A stretch of DNA of 36,695 nt from the IMG/VR virus record IMGVR_UViG_3300037043_000064, positions 1-36,695 of that record; one strand, 5' to 3'. The translations under genes and the position numbers were made by a program. How positions within the stretch are numbered: the first letter of the stretch is position 1; every line of letters starts with the position of its first letter. Below the pieces are notes generated by a model. The model was not told where the DNA came from, ran no database searches, and saw only the letters and a list, made by a program, of their open reading frames with translations. The DNA is from a virus (taxonomy: Duplodnaviria; Caudoviricetes). Shown here piece by piece: positions 17,378 through 27,054 of the stretch.

Positions 17378-17982
17378 AGGACCACCGGCTCGCCTGAGTA
17401 CAGGTGAGCGTCACGCAAGATTCGCGCGGCGCGCGGGGCGAGGACGAGCGGCTCGGCCGGCTCGGCGCTCACGCTGCCGATCTTGATCGCCTTCAGCGGC
17501 CCGAGCACGTCGTCTTCCTCGTCTCCGGCAAGCCAGAACTCAACCTGCGCGCAGGTGGCGTCGCGGAGGGCGGCGGCAACGCCTTCGTCGGTCGGCAGGT
17601 CGTCATCGTCAACGTCGTAGCGGGCCGTGCGGCAGTGGTCATCGATGAGCTCGGACGCCCGTTCGAGCAGGCGCGAGAGGTCGGCCGGCGGGTCGATGGT
17701 CACCGCTGGCGGCTCGGCGCCGTACCCGCTGCCGCCGCTGGTGAGGGTGAGCAGGGTGACGACGCCGTTGGCCACGGCGGCCGTAGCGGTGGCGCGCACG
17801 CCGGTCTCCGGCGCCCCTATGAGGACCGAGGGACTGACGACGTAACCCGATCCGCCACCAGCGCCGATGACAAGAGCAGTCACCGCACCCTCTTCTACCG
17901 TCGCGGTGGCCGTGGCGGTGATGTGGGCCGGTGTGAAGCCGGCATAGCCGGCAAGGTCGGCGCTGGTGGCGTAGGCGGTCAT
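17374..17982 (-). CDS. Head-tail adaptor with inserted GGSGY-repeat domain
   Basis: MTAYATSADL...RLLERASELID...LRDATCAQVEFW...IGSVS...LAPRAARIL, interrupted by ~75 aa of ATATA..GGSGY repeats. Confidence 0.75.
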   Translation of the reverse strand: MTAYATSADLAGYAGFTPAHITATATATVEEGAVTALVIGAGGGSGYVVSPSVLIGAPETGVRATATAAVANGVVTLLTLTSGGSGYGAEPPAVTIDPPADLSRLLERASELIDDHCRTARYDVDDDDLPTDEGVAAALRDATCAQVEFWLAGDEEDDVLGPLKAIKIGSVSAEPAEPLVLAPRAARILRDAHLYSGEPVVL

Positions 17983-17983
17983 G

Positions 17984-18166
17984 TCAGCTCGCCTTCTTCT
18001 TCGCGGCGGGCTTCTTCATGGGCTCGGGCGGTTCCGGCTTCACGGCAGCAGGCGGCGCAGGGATGCGCGACCAGTTGGCCGCGTTCTCCGCATAGAAGTC
18101 ATCCTCTTCGAGTGTCTTGACTTCGACCTGCTCACCGGTGAGCACGTTCTGGTACCAGCGGGCCAC
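17984..18166 (-). CDS. Small head-associated hypothetical protein
   Basis: 60 aa with a Lys/Pro-rich tail; fits the operon tightly. Confidence 0.6.
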   Translation of the reverse strand: MARWYQNVLTGEQVEVKTLEEDDFYAENAANWSRIPAPPAAVKPEPPEPMKKPAAKKKAS

Positions 18167-18168
18167 GG

Positions 18169-18552
18169 TCAGACCACCGGGAGCTGGACCCAGTACATGA
18201 AGCCGGTCATGCTGGCGGCGACGGTGACGCGCAGGGTGCCGTTGTCCTGCAGGAAGCGCGCCGACTCGAGGCCGCCGATGATCTCGGCCGCGAACGAAGC
18301 GTCGCCGTCGGCGACCGACACGACCAGGTTGCCCTGCCCGGCGGACATGGCGGGCGGGTCATCCCCCGCGAGCAGGGTGACGGCCTTGGCGCCGTTGAAG
18401 GTGTTCTGGACGACCAGGAAGCCGTTCTCGAGCGGCCCGCTGGGCGTGATGACGTGCGTGTTGGCGGCGACGATCGCGGTGCCCACACCCGTATCGATGG
18501 TGTAGTCACCGGCCTTCGCCAGGTTGACCGTTGCGACTGCGGTGTCAGCCAT
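18169..18552 (-). CDS. Putative capsid decoration protein
   Basis: Beta-rich 127-aa ORF right after the MCP; LESARFLQDNGTLRV; AAGGAG RBS. Confidence 0.6.
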   Translation of the reverse strand: MADTAVATVNLAKAGDYTIDTGVGTAIVAANTHVITPSGPLENGFLVVQNTFNGAKAVTLLAGDDPPAMSAGQGNLVVSVADGDASFAAEIIGGLESARFLQDNGTLRVTVAASMTGFMYWVQLPVV

Positions 18553-18602
18553 GTTCGTGTTCTCCTTCGCTCAACTCAGGGGGTCGGCTCTCCTGCTCAG
18601 GC

Positions 18603-19448
18603 TCAGGTCTTCGAGCAGAGGGTCATGCAGATGGCGCTCGGGCGGATGACCTTGGCGCCGTAGACGTGCAGGCCCTTGAGCGCGTCGGAGAAGGCGGACT
18701 CGGGACGCAGCGCCTCGATCTTGTCGATCTGGTTGGCGAACGTGATGGCCGCCGGGTGGCCGCTGTAGACGTACCAGTCGTCACCGGTCGAGAGCGCGTA
18801 GTTGGCGACGATGATGTCGAAGCCGAGGACGCGGCCCATGACGCCGTTTTCGAGGCGGTTGCCGCTGGAGAGCGCGTCGTACTGCATGTAGTTCGCGTCC
18901 AGCACGAGCAGGCTGTTGAACCAGCTCGGGACGATCGTGTAGCGGCCTTCCTTGGGCACGTTGTTCTCGTCGAGCAGCTGCCCGTGGGCGACGAGGCGAG
19001 CCATGGCGAGGGCGCTCGAGGTGATGGAGGTGGCCCCGACCTTGTTGCCGGCGTCGACGTCGGCCTCCATGATCGTCTGCACGTAGGCGTCGGCGTCCTC
19101 GGCCAGGCCGGCACCGGCCTCGCGGGCGGCCTCGCTCATGAGGGCCCCGCCGTTGGCCGACTGCGCCTGGGCGATGTCGCCGACCTGGAAGGCGAAGTAC
19201 TTGTTCTGGTCGATCGCCAGCGTGCGCTGCGCGTCGGTCAGGGCCTCGTAGGTGATCGACGTCGAGCCCTCGGTGTAGGGGGCGATGGTGGGGCGGCTGA
19301 TCGAGGTGATGCGCACCGACTTGGCGCCGGCGACGTCGCCCTCGTAGCTGCGGTTGCAGACGACGGTCGAGCTGAACTTGTTCTGCTTGAGGAAGGACTG
19401 GAGCAGTTCGGCTGCCCAGACTTCCCGCTGGAAGTTCGTGATGGCCAT
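18603..19448 (-). CDS. Major capsid protein (HK97 fold)
   Basis: EVWAAELL...NRSYEG...LAIDQNKYFAF...LDENNVPKEGRY...FSDALKGLHVYGAKVIRP. Confidence 0.9.
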   Translation of the reverse strand: MAITNFQREVWAAELLQSFLKQNKFSSTVVCNRSYEGDVAGAKSVRITSISRPTIAPYTEGSTSITYEALTDAQRTLAIDQNKYFAFQVGDIAQAQSANGGALMSEAAREAGAGLAEDADAYVQTIMEADVDAGNKVGATSITSSALAMARLVAHGQLLDENNVPKEGRYTIVPSWFNSLLVLDANYMQYDALSSGNRLENGVMGRVLGFDIIVANYALSTGDDWYVYSGHPAAITFANQIDKIEALRPESAFSDALKGLHVYGAKVIRPSAICMTLCSKT

Positions 19449-19548
19449 TGAGAGGCTCTCCTGTTTCGATGTGTACTGGTACGAAACGGGAGGCTCCTGG
19501 CCTCACGTCACCCCGGCTCCCGGCCGGGGGCAGCGCGGTCTGCGTGGT

Positions 19549-20217
19549 CTACTGCATGATGCCGAGCAGCCGGTTCAGCCGCCCGTCTTCCTTGGCCTTG
19601 ACGATCTCGGCCGGGCTCATGCCCTTGAGGTCGTCTTCGCCGAGCTGCCCGGCCACAGGGGCGCCGCCGCCGACCGGTCCGCCGGACCGCGCCGGAGCTG
19701 CTGCCGCGGGCGGGGCGCTCTTCAGGTTCACGTTCGCCTCGACCGCCGTCTTGATCGCGTTCTCCACCTGCTCGGCGAAGTCGTCGGCCGCCGGGTCCAT
19801 GGCGTCGAGCGCGTGCATGAACGACCGCGAGTCCGTCAGAGCCTCGGGGTTCGCGCCGTGCTTGGTCGCCATGCGCAGGATCGCGTTCTCCACCTTGACT
19901 GCCTTGGCCTCCTTGCGCGCCGCGTCCCGCTCCTCGGCTGCCGTCTGGGCGGCCTTGGCGGGGTCGTCGTCGTCCTTGAGGCCGAGCGCCTTGGCGATGG
20001 CGTCCATGGTGGACTGCCTGGTCTGCTCGGCCGCCGACGCCTTGGTACGGTTCGTCGCCGCCTCAGCGCGCAGATCGCGGATCATCTTCTGCGTCCAGTC
20101 GGGCAGACTCGCCACGTCCTCGGGGGCGTCGGCAGCGGTGGTCGTCGCAGCGGGCGCAACGGCAGCAGCGGCCTCCGGGGCCGTCTCCGTCTGCGTGGTG
20201 GCTGCTTCATCGGTCAT
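19549..20217 (-). CDS. Capsid scaffolding protein
   Basis: Acidic/Ala-rich; LPDWTQKMIRDLRAEAATNR; coiled coil; directly upstream of the MCP; AGGAGG RBS. Confidence 0.8.
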   Translation of the reverse strand: MTDEAATTQTETAPEAAAAVAPAATTTAADAPEDVASLPDWTQKMIRDLRAEAATNRTKASAAEQTRQSTMDAIAKALGLKDDDDPAKAAQTAAEERDAARKEAKAVKVENAILRMATKHGANPEALTDSRSFMHALDAMDPAADDFAEQVENAIKTAVEANVNLKSAPPAAAAPARSGGPVGGGAPVAGQLGEDDLKGMSPAEIVKAKEDGRLNRLLGIMQ

Positions 20218-20311
20218 GTCGATAGCCTCCTGGGCTGTCGGTGCCGCGGCTCCGGGCCGCGGACGTTTGGTCAACGCTACGGTCTGTCAAGGGATGAGGC
20301 GACGCCATTTC

Positions 20312-21355
20312 CTACAGCGCCCCGAGACGCTCGCGGTGCGGCTGGCGCTTCGCCGTCGTCGTGTCGACGTGGTGGCGGATCTTCGCCTGGTAGGAGCGGA
20401 CCCTCGCGCCGGCTGCCTGGGCAGCTGCGTCGTCCATGGCGGCGGCCTGCACGCGCTTTGCCGCCCGCGTCTGGCGCTCGAGGTAGCGCAGCCGCTGCGT
20501 GTCGGCGTAGCCCTGCGGGTCGGCGACGTCGCCCATGGGCCGGGTGATGCCGGGCTGGTAGGCGGCGATGGAGTGGCGGCAGTTGACGTGCTGCAAGCCC
20601 TCGGCCCGGGCGCTCTCGAGCGACGGGTACTTCGGGTCGGTGCCGCTCAGGCTGTACACCTTGCCCTCGTGTGGGCGGCAGAGCGGGCACTCCTTCGGCG
20701 CGTCCGAGACGATGACGAGGTCCATGCCGTTGGCCTGCAGCCGGTCGACGTGACCCTGCACGGCGGCCCGGCCCGTCCCGGTGCGCATGGCCATCTCGGC
20801 GTAGGACTCCATCGCCCAGCCGCGCCCCGCCCTGTCGACGAACCCGGTGATGCCACGGGCGGCGAAGCGGTCGAGCGCCGCCTGCGCGGCTTGCAGGCGG
20901 GTCTGCGTGCCGAGCAGGACCTGCTGGGCCGTCTCGGCGATGACCGAGCGGTAGGCGTCCGTGGTCACGCGCAGGATACGCTGGTGCATCGCCGTCAGGC
21001 TGGCGACCGTCTCGGCGGTGAGCGCCTGGATGGCGCGCAGCCCGGCGAGCGGCTCGACCGTGGTCTTGTTCAGGCGGCGCAGGTCGGCCACGGCGGCCAT
21101 GCCGCCCCGCTCGTACGCTTCGGTGAGCGCCGTAGTCGCGCCGGTCGCCGCCTTGCGCTCGAGGTCGGCGAGCAGGGCCTGCGCCTGCCGCTGGTACTCC
21201 TGCAGCTGCGCCAGCTTGAGCTCCGCCCACCGCGGCGATTCGACGCCGGCGGCCAGACGCCTGGCGATGCGCTCGATGAGCAGGCGCTCGGCCTCGGCGT
21301 AGTAGCCGGTGACCTCGCGGGCGAGACGCTCGGCCATGGCTGGGCTGGCGGGCAT
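20312..21355 (-). CDS. Minor capsid protein (Phage_min_cap2 / MuF-like)
   Basis: GFVDRAGRGWAMESYAEMAMRT, ECPLCRPHEGKVYS, GLQHVNCRHS, QRLRYLERQTR. Confidence 0.88.
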   Translation of the reverse strand: MPASPAMAERLAREVTGYYAEAERLLIERIARRLAAGVESPRWAELKLAQLQEYQRQAQALLADLERKAATGATTALTEAYERGGMAAVADLRRLNKTTVEPLAGLRAIQALTAETVASLTAMHQRILRVTTDAYRSVIAETAQQVLLGTQTRLQAAQAALDRFAARGITGFVDRAGRGWAMESYAEMAMRTGTGRAAVQGHVDRLQANGMDLVIVSDAPKECPLCRPHEGKVYSLSGTDPKYPSLESARAEGLQHVNCRHSIAAYQPGITRPMGDVADPQGYADTQRLRYLERQTRAAKRVQAAAMDDAAAQAAGARVRSYQAKIRHHVDTTTAKRQPHRERLGAL

Positions 21356-22728
21356 CAGGCCCTGCCCTTCAGGTGACCCGGCCACCGCCTGACGCGCGCT
21401 GCGATCGGCCAGGGGCGTGGGGCGACGGTGACCGGCCAGCTTTTGCCCACCTGGACCGATTCAGCAGATCTCCACGATGTCCCTGATACTGCTGCCGCGC
21501 GGCCCGAGACAGGAAGCGCGACATTCACTGCACATGCGGTCATGCTGACGACCGCGACGGTGCCGGAGACGGCGTTCGTCGCGTCACTGACCGCCACGTT
21601 GCCGCTCGTGCCGCTCGTCGCGGACACCACGCCCGCAACCGGCAGAGCGACGTTCGGCGCGGCAGATCCGCCGGAGGTGGCAGAGGTGACCCCCGTGACG
21701 GGCAACGCCACGTTGACCGAGCACGACGTCCCGCTGGTGGCCGTCACGGCCCCAGAAACCGATGTCGAGCCGGCGACATCCACGCTGCCGGACGTGCCGC
21801 TGGCGGCCCCCGTGCTGCCACTGACAGGCAGAGCGACGTTCGGCGCGGCGCTGGTCGTGCTCACCGTCGCAGCAGTGCCCGATGCAGGCAGCGTGACGTT
21901 CACCGCTCCGGCCGCGGCGCTGGTGGCCGGTGCGGTGCCGCTCACTGGAATCTTCACATTGACAGCGGCTGCGGTGCCACTGGTGGCCGCGACGGTGCCG
22001 CTCGCTTCCTCCGAGGCCCCGCTGACAGTAACGGAACCGGAGGTCGCCGAGGACGCCGAGACAGTGCCGGATACAGGAACGGCTACATTGACGGCAGCGG
22101 CAGCGCCGGTCGTGGCGGGCGCAGTACCCGATACCGGGACGGCGATGTTGACGGACGCGGACGTGCCACTCTCTGCGGACGCAGCGCCTGCGGCGTTGTA
22201 TGTGGCCTCCGAGTACGTGACCTCGATGGTGAGGTAGTCCACGTACATGGTGCCGAGGCCGTTCTTGTCGTTCGCGGACGAGGCTGTGAGCGAGATGCGC
22301 AGGTCGGCGTTACCGCTCGCGGCCTGCGGGGTCGTGAGAGTCCGCTTGTCGCCCGCCGCGCCGGTCTGCCAGCCCCCGTCGGCGACCGTGCCCGAGCGCG
22401 TCCACAGACTCTGGTAGCCCCCATCGGCGACCGCGACTGTGGCCGAATGACCGTCATGTGATGTGCCGCCGAGGCCCGCGTAGGTGCGCAGGCCCGCGAC
22501 CACCTGCACGTCGGTGACGGTAGTGCTGGAGGCGATGCCGAACAGGGTCGCCCAACTGACGCTGTTTAGGACGGCGGTGCCCGACACGTCCTGGTTGCGG
22601 CCGACGGGCGTGGCTGCGAACAGGGATCCGTTGTTCGGGCTACCCTGCGCCGTCGAGCGCGTGACCGAGGACAGCGACCATGATTCGGTCGAGGAATCCC
22701 ACGTCCATGTCTTCTGCGCGGTTGCCAC
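21355..22728 (-). CDS. Putative virion fibre/spike with ~11-12 tandem 20-23-aa S/T/A/G/V repeats
   Basis: Repeat unit like VSGTAPATSAAAGAVNVALP; N-terminal jelly-roll-like region ending YVDYLTIEVTY. Confidence 0.6.
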   Translation of the reverse strand: MATAQKTWTWDSSTESWSLSSVTRSTAQGSPNNGSLFAATPVGRNQDVSGTAVLNSVSWATLFGIASSTTVTDVQVVAGLRTYAGLGGTSHDGHSATVAVADGGYQSLWTRSGTVADGGWQTGAAGDKRTLTTPQAASGNADLRISLTASSANDKNGLGTMYVDYLTIEVTYSEATYNAAGAASAESGTSASVNIAVPVSGTAPATTGAAAAVNVAVPVSGTVSASSATSGSVTVSGASEEASGTVAATSGTAAAVNVKIPVSGTAPATSAAAGAVNVTLPASGTAATVSTTSAAPNVALPVSGSTGAASGTSGSVDVAGSTSVSGAVTATSGTSCSVNVALPVTGVTSATSGGSAAPNVALPVAGVVSATSGTSGNVAVSDATNAVSGTVAVVSMTACAVNVALPVSGRAAAVSGTSWRSAESVQVGKSWPVTVAPRPWPIAARVRRWPGHLKGRA

Positions 22729-22931
22729 TACTCACTCACCCATCGGTAGGTACAGGTCGGGTCGAGGCGGTCGGTCGACTTCGGGTAGTCACGACAACAG
22801 CCGGGGCGATCCTCGTAGGCGGCGCAGGCCGGGGGCGTCCCCTCGACGAAGTCGGGGCAGAACGCGCCGTCCAGCGTGACCGGAGGGCGGCAGCAGGCGC
22901 CGCAGCGGGAGCAGTTGCCAACGCGACGCAT
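22728..22931 (-). CDS. YkgJ-like CxxCxxCC cysteine-cluster protein
   Basis: CSRCGACC...CPDF...CAAYEDRPGCCRDYP. Confidence 0.75.
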   Translation of the reverse strand: MRRVGNCSRCGACCRPPVTLDGAFCPDFVEGTPPACAAYEDRPGCCRDYPKSTDRLDPTCTYRWVSE

Positions 22932-22935
22932 CGAC

Positions 22936-23286
22936 TCAGGTGAGCGTGACCGTGATAGCCCCGTCGGCGATGGTGATCTTCCCGCCGCTCGGGAGCGTGC
23001 GCGCGGCGTCAAGCGCCGTCCAGTCCGTCTTCTGCGTCGAGCCCGCCGAGTTGAACACGGCGTAGTGCGTGATGGTGCAGCCGCTGCTCGCCCCCGCCGA
23101 CTCATACGCGCCGTCGTTCGCGCGCACGGCCGGGTCGGCGTCGGACGCGGCCTTCCATGTGGTGATCGTGGTCTCAGTGAGGTTGGCGGAGGCGCTGGAG
23201 CCGTTCTCGCTCCAGTGCACCTTGTCGCCGTTGGCGATGGCGCTGTCGAGGGTTGTGCGGCTGAATGCGGTGGTGAATCCTGCCAT
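22936..23286 (-). CDS. Small beta-rich virion structural protein (fibre-anchor type)
   Basis: TITHYAVFNSAGS...LDAARTLPSGGKITIADGAITVTL; AGGAG RBS. Confidence 0.6.
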   Translation of the reverse strand: MAGFTTAFSRTTLDSAIANGDKVHWSENGSSASANLTETTITTWKAASDADPAVRANDGAYESAGASSGCTITHYAVFNSAGSTQKTDWTALDAARTLPSGGKITIADGAITVTLT

Positions 23287-23312
23287 AGCTGGTGTCTCCT
23301 GTTCTGGGTTGG

Positions 23313-24845
23313 TTATTCAGCTGACTCCGGCAGCGGCCCGAGGTCCGGCACCATCGCGCCGCTCTCGGCCCTGACCAGCTCGACTTCCTTCTCGATCTGC
23401 TCCTCGTCCCAGTCGGGGTGGAGCATCCTGACCTTCGTGTCGGCCGAGACGGCGAGCGCCCGGTTCAGCGTCTCGATGGTGCGCGAGAGCGCCTCCTGGT
23501 CGGGCTGGCTCTCGTCGGCCCACTTGACGTGTACCGAACCCTGCGCGCCGCCGCCGAAGACGAGGGCGTCGAGCTCGAGCCACGTCGTGAGCAGTGGTTC
23601 CAGCGCCTGCGAGAAGTAGCGCGTCTTACGGTCGCGCGTCCGCGCCGACTGCTTCTCCCGGGAGACCACCTCGGTGGCGGTCGCCATGCCGCCGTCCTTG
23701 CCGAGACCGAAGGTCGAGGGCGAGTAGCCGGCGGCGCGCAGGATCTCGTCGGTGAGTTGGCGCGCCGTCTCCTGGTGTTCGGCGACGCGGATGTCGAACT
23801 GCTGCGGGGTGATCTGCTTCTCCGCCGCCGTGGTCGGGGCCACGCTGAGCGCGGCGTAGACCTCCTTGTCCTCGTCCCAGGCGACGCCCTTGCCCTTGCC
23901 GAGGTCCGTGAGCATGAACTCGGGCACAAGGATGCGCGCCTTGGCGAGGCGCACGTCGCGCATCCAGCTGGTGTAGCACTCGTCGAGTGCATCCATCAGG
24001 GGCTCGGTTCCGTCGAAGTCGGAGCGCCCGAGGCGGGCGAGCTCCTCGATCTTGCGCCAGCGCCGCTGCGGGCGCATGTTGGCGACGTAGGCGGCGGTGA
24101 GCGAGTCGACGCCGGTGGGGATCGCCCCGTCCTCGTCGACCAGCTCGGCGTATGGAGCGGTGGAGGGGTGCTCGGTCAGCGCCTCTGCGCGGCCCAGGGA
24201 TTCGGCGTTGCCGACGTACAGACCATGGAATACGGCGCCAGGCTCATGGCGCTCGAGATGGCGGATCACCTCCTGGTCGTGGCTTCCCTGCGTGTACTCG
24301 GTGAAGAAGGTGACGGCGGCGAGCAGGCCCCAGCGCCACTCGCCGATCGCCGCGTCCGCCGGCACCGCGTCGACCATGACCGTGTCGGCGACCTCGGTGT
24401 CCCAGACCAGGCGCAGCCAGCCGCCGCCCAGCCCAGCGACGATCTCCGCCGCCTCCACGAGTGTAGCGTGGAAGTCGCCGTTGTTGAGCAGCTCGTCGAT
24501 GCGCACCTTCGCGGCCTCGTTGCCCTCCTCGCCGACGATGAACTGCGGCGGCTCGGAGAAGAGCAGGTCGGCCGAGGCTGTGGCGATGTCGGCGGCCAGG
24601 GGGACGTGCAGACGCGCCTTGCGCCCGCCGCTCAGGTTCGGGCGCCCCCAGAAGAAGCGGGCGACGGCGGGGATGACGCCGCCCTGGCGACTGAAGAACT
24701 CGTGCCCGGGGGCGCCGGCCGAGTTGCCGTAGACGCGCAGAAGCGCCTCCGGGTCGCCCTCGAGCCAGGCGGACCAGACCGCCATCTGCGCGAGCGCCTT
24801 ACCGTGGGGTGGGGGCGGCCATGGACCGCCGAACGGAAGGGTCAT
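23313..24845 (-). CDS. Portal protein (SPP1/A118-like)
   Basis: LHVPLAADIATASADLLFSEPP, LGRSDF, ALDECYTSWMRDVRLAKARILVP, GYSPSTFG, TATEV, LHPDWDEEQIEKEV. Confidence 0.92.
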   Translation of the reverse strand: MTLPFGGPWPPPPHGKALAQMAVWSAWLEGDPEALLRVYGNSAGAPGHEFFSRQGGVIPAVARFFWGRPNLSGGRKARLHVPLAADIATASADLLFSEPPQFIVGEEGNEAAKVRIDELLNNGDFHATLVEAAEIVAGLGGGWLRLVWDTEVADTVMVDAVPADAAIGEWRWGLLAAVTFFTEYTQGSHDQEVIRHLERHEPGAVFHGLYVGNAESLGRAEALTEHPSTAPYAELVDEDGAIPTGVDSLTAAYVANMRPQRRWRKIEELARLGRSDFDGTEPLMDALDECYTSWMRDVRLAKARILVPEFMLTDLGKGKGVAWDEDKEVYAALSVAPTTAAEKQITPQQFDIRVAEHQETARQLTDEILRAAGYSPSTFGLGKDGGMATATEVVSREKQSARTRDRKTRYFSQALEPLLTTWLELDALVFGGGAQGSVHVKWADESQPDQEALSRTIETLNRALAVSADTKVRMLHPDWDEEQIEKEVELVRAESGAMVPDLGPLPESAE

Positions 24846-26119
24846 GCCGCCTCCAAGTCAGTCGGGAGTGTCATCGGGACGAGCCCTCCCCAGAGGGCCC
24901 TGGTGGACGCCACCGCGTAGCGCAGCGCGTCGCAGGAGTCGTCGTTTGCCTTCAGCGGGGCGTCCTCGCCGCGCGCCGTCGCCTTCGGGTCCCAGACGTA
25001 GCCGGGGATCTCCTTGACGAGCTCGGCGCAGGCGTCGGAGACGATGAGCGTGCCGGTGGCGAGCAGGGAGGCGATGGTGCGGATGCCGTCGAGCACGGCG
25101 TTGTGCGCGTCCATCACGTTGGCCAGGCCGTCGCTGAACAGCTGCAGCTTGAACGAGGCGGCCGCGGGGTCGACGCAGACCCACTCCGGGCAGCGACCAG
25201 CGACCCAGCGCCGGTAGTCGGCAGAGAGACCTGAGTCGGTCATCTTCGGCGGGGCCCACTCGTCCATGACCACGAGGCGCGGCCGCGGCTCGGCCGACAC
25301 GCCGAGCAGGTAGCCGCGCGTCGGGTGCGTGGTGCCGTAGTCGATGCCGACACTGAGCGTGCGCGCTACCGGCGGCAGCGCGGCGGCCGGGACGACGTGG
25401 CTTGACGGATCCCACTCCTCGTAGACGGCGCCGGCGGCTACGCACCACTCGCCCTCGATGAGGCGGCGGCGCCAGAGGCCGCTGTACTCGCGGCTGATCG
25501 CGCTCACGTAGTCGGGCGGCAGGTGCGGGTTGTCGGGCAGGCGGAAGGAGAAGCGCGCCAGGTCGAGCGCCTCGTCGTCGCCGGTGACCATCTCTCCGTC
25601 GCCGCGCACCCACACCGCGGCGTGATCGAGGTAGTCGACCTTGAGCCAGTGCTGCGGACCCTCCGGGTTCGTCGTGGCGAAGAGCTGGGCCCCGTCGACG
25701 GAGAGGCGCGAGAGGAGCATCGTCCAGAAGGACTCGGGCAGCGTCGACGCCTCGTCGACGTAGGTGCCGACCAGGGTGATGCCGCGGATCTTCTCCTGGG
25801 CCCGCTCGTCGTTCGCCCCCGCCACGTAGACGCGCCGGCCGAGCAGGCGCAGCTCGCCCGAGCCGAGGGCATACGAGCAGTGGGCACGTCCGAGCACGTC
25901 GGTCAGGGGGTCGATGACGTTGCGCTTCAGGGTGCGCTCGGTCTTGCCCGCCATGAGCAGGTTGCCGGGCGGCCCGTGGCGCACGAACTTGAGCCAGCGC
26001 AGGTCGGCGGCGACCGACTTGCCACTGCGCACCGAGCCCTCCCAAATGTTGAGACGCCGGTCGGCCGCCTCCACCGAGAGCAGCTGCTTGCCGGTGAGCG
26101 GCTTGATACCGAGGCTCAC
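24842..26119 (-). CDS. terL: Terminase large subunit (PBSX-like)
   Basis: Walker A EGSVRSGKS, Walker B YVDEA, TTNP, nuclease GIDYG, VDPAA and DDSCDALRY; GTGA start overlap at 26116-26119. Confidence 0.95.
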   Translation of the reverse strand: MSLGIKPLTGKQLLSVEAADRRLNIWEGSVRSGKSVAADLRWLKFVRHGPPGNLLMAGKTERTLKRNVIDPLTDVLGRAHCSYALGSGELRLLGRRVYVAGANDERAQEKIRGITLVGTYVDEASTLPESFWTMLLSRLSVDGAQLFATTNPEGPQHWLKVDYLDHAAVWVRGDGEMVTGDDEALDLARFSFRLPDNPHLPPDYVSAISREYSGLWRRRLIEGEWCVAAGAVYEEWDPSSHVVPAAALPPVARTLSVGIDYGTTHPTRGYLLGVSAEPRPRLVVMDEWAPPKMTDSGLSADYRRWVAGRCPEWVCVDPAAASFKLQLFSDGLANVMDAHNAVLDGIRTIASLLATGTLIVSDACAELVKEIPGYVWDPKATARGEDAPLKANDDSCDALRYAVASTRALWGGLVPMTLPTDLEAA

Positions 26120-26604
26120 TTGTCTGCCCCGGGGATCATCGCCGAGAGGAAGCGGTCGAAGTCGGAGAGGTCGGAAGGCTGCCGGTTGTCGTAGTCGTGC
26201 AGCTGGCGCATCGTGGCGACGAGGCTGTAAAGGGAGCGCGAGAGCTCGACCAGCGTCTTGCTGTCGGGCGCCTCGAGGACGTGCTCGTTGTAGAGGTTCT
26301 CGCGCCCGCCGAAGGACCAGACCTTGGTGGGCTCCCGGTAGCGGGAGACGATGCCGTCGATCTCGGCGGCCATGCGCATGATCTGGTCGGCCCGGCGTTC
26401 GGCGCCGTAGGCCCGGTTCGCCTTGGCCGCCTTGCGCGTGTTGACCGCGCCCCAGGTGTGGCCCTGGTCCCTGGCGATGGTGCTCACGGTGCTCTTGCTC
26501 ATGCCGAGCTTGGCGGCGATCTGGCGGCAGCTTGACCCCTTCTTGGCAAGGCGCATGACCTTGGCGATGACTTCGGGGTCGTGCCGTAGTGGGACGGATG
26601 GCAT
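26116..26604 (-). CDS. HTH protein, probable terminase small subunit
   Basis: SCRQIAAKLGMSKSTVSTIA HTH; coupled to terL. Confidence 0.7.
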   Translation of the reverse strand: MPSVPLRHDPEVIAKVMRLAKKGSSCRQIAAKLGMSKSTVSTIARDQGHTWGAVNTRKAAKANRAYGAERRADQIMRMAAEIDGIVSRYREPTKVWSFGGRENLYNEHVLEAPDSKTLVELSRSLYSLVATMRQLHDYDNRQPSDLSDFDRFLSAMIPGADK

Positions 26605-26610
26605 AGCGAC

Positions 26611-27054
26611 TCATCCTCGCTGTCCGGTGGCGTCGGAGGCGACGCCACTTAGCCGGTAGGTGCCGTCGTGCCCGCCCTCAATCGCGTAGCCGCGACGCCG
26701 GAGGCGCCGCACGTGGGCGCAGACGCAGTGATAGGTGACGCGGTCGGGGGCGACGATGAAGAGCTCGCGGTAGACGTTCAGGCGCTCCCCCGGCCGCGAC
26801 AGGAACAGACGCAGCAGAGCGTCGCCGAAGCCGGGGTCATGACAGGGGTTGTAGCCGCGCCTGGCGGCCACGCAAGGGGAACAGAAGGCGTCGTCGTGAT
26901 CGTGGGCGAGCTCGCAGCCGCAGGAGCGGCACCTACCCGGCGCACTCCCGGCAGATGCCCCAGAGGAGCGGTGTGGCGTCGACGAGGAGGTGCTTCTTGT
27001 ATGAGGAGGAGTCGAGCTTCGGCTCGTCTTCTTCCCAGACGATCTTGCACTCAT
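26611..27054 (-). CDS. Zn-finger plus winged-helix DNA-binding protein (start uncertain)
   Basis: CRSCGCELAHDHDDAFCSPC, then AHVRRLRRRGYAIEGGHDGTYRL (BirA/HTH_11-like wing). Confidence 0.65.
   Translation of the reverse strand: MSARSSGKKTSRSSTPPHTRSTSSSTPHRSSGASAGSAPGRCRSCGCELAHDHDDAFCSPCVAARRGYNPCHDPGFGDALLRLFLSRPGERLNVYRELFIVAPDRVTYHCVCAHVRRLRRRGYAIEGGHDGTYRLSGVASDATGQRG

Noticed and set aside
24842-26614. 590-aa terminase as listed in the ORF track
   Set aside because: The N-terminal extension overlaps the terS-like gene in another frame; the GTGA-coupled start at 26119 gives a normal-length TerL.
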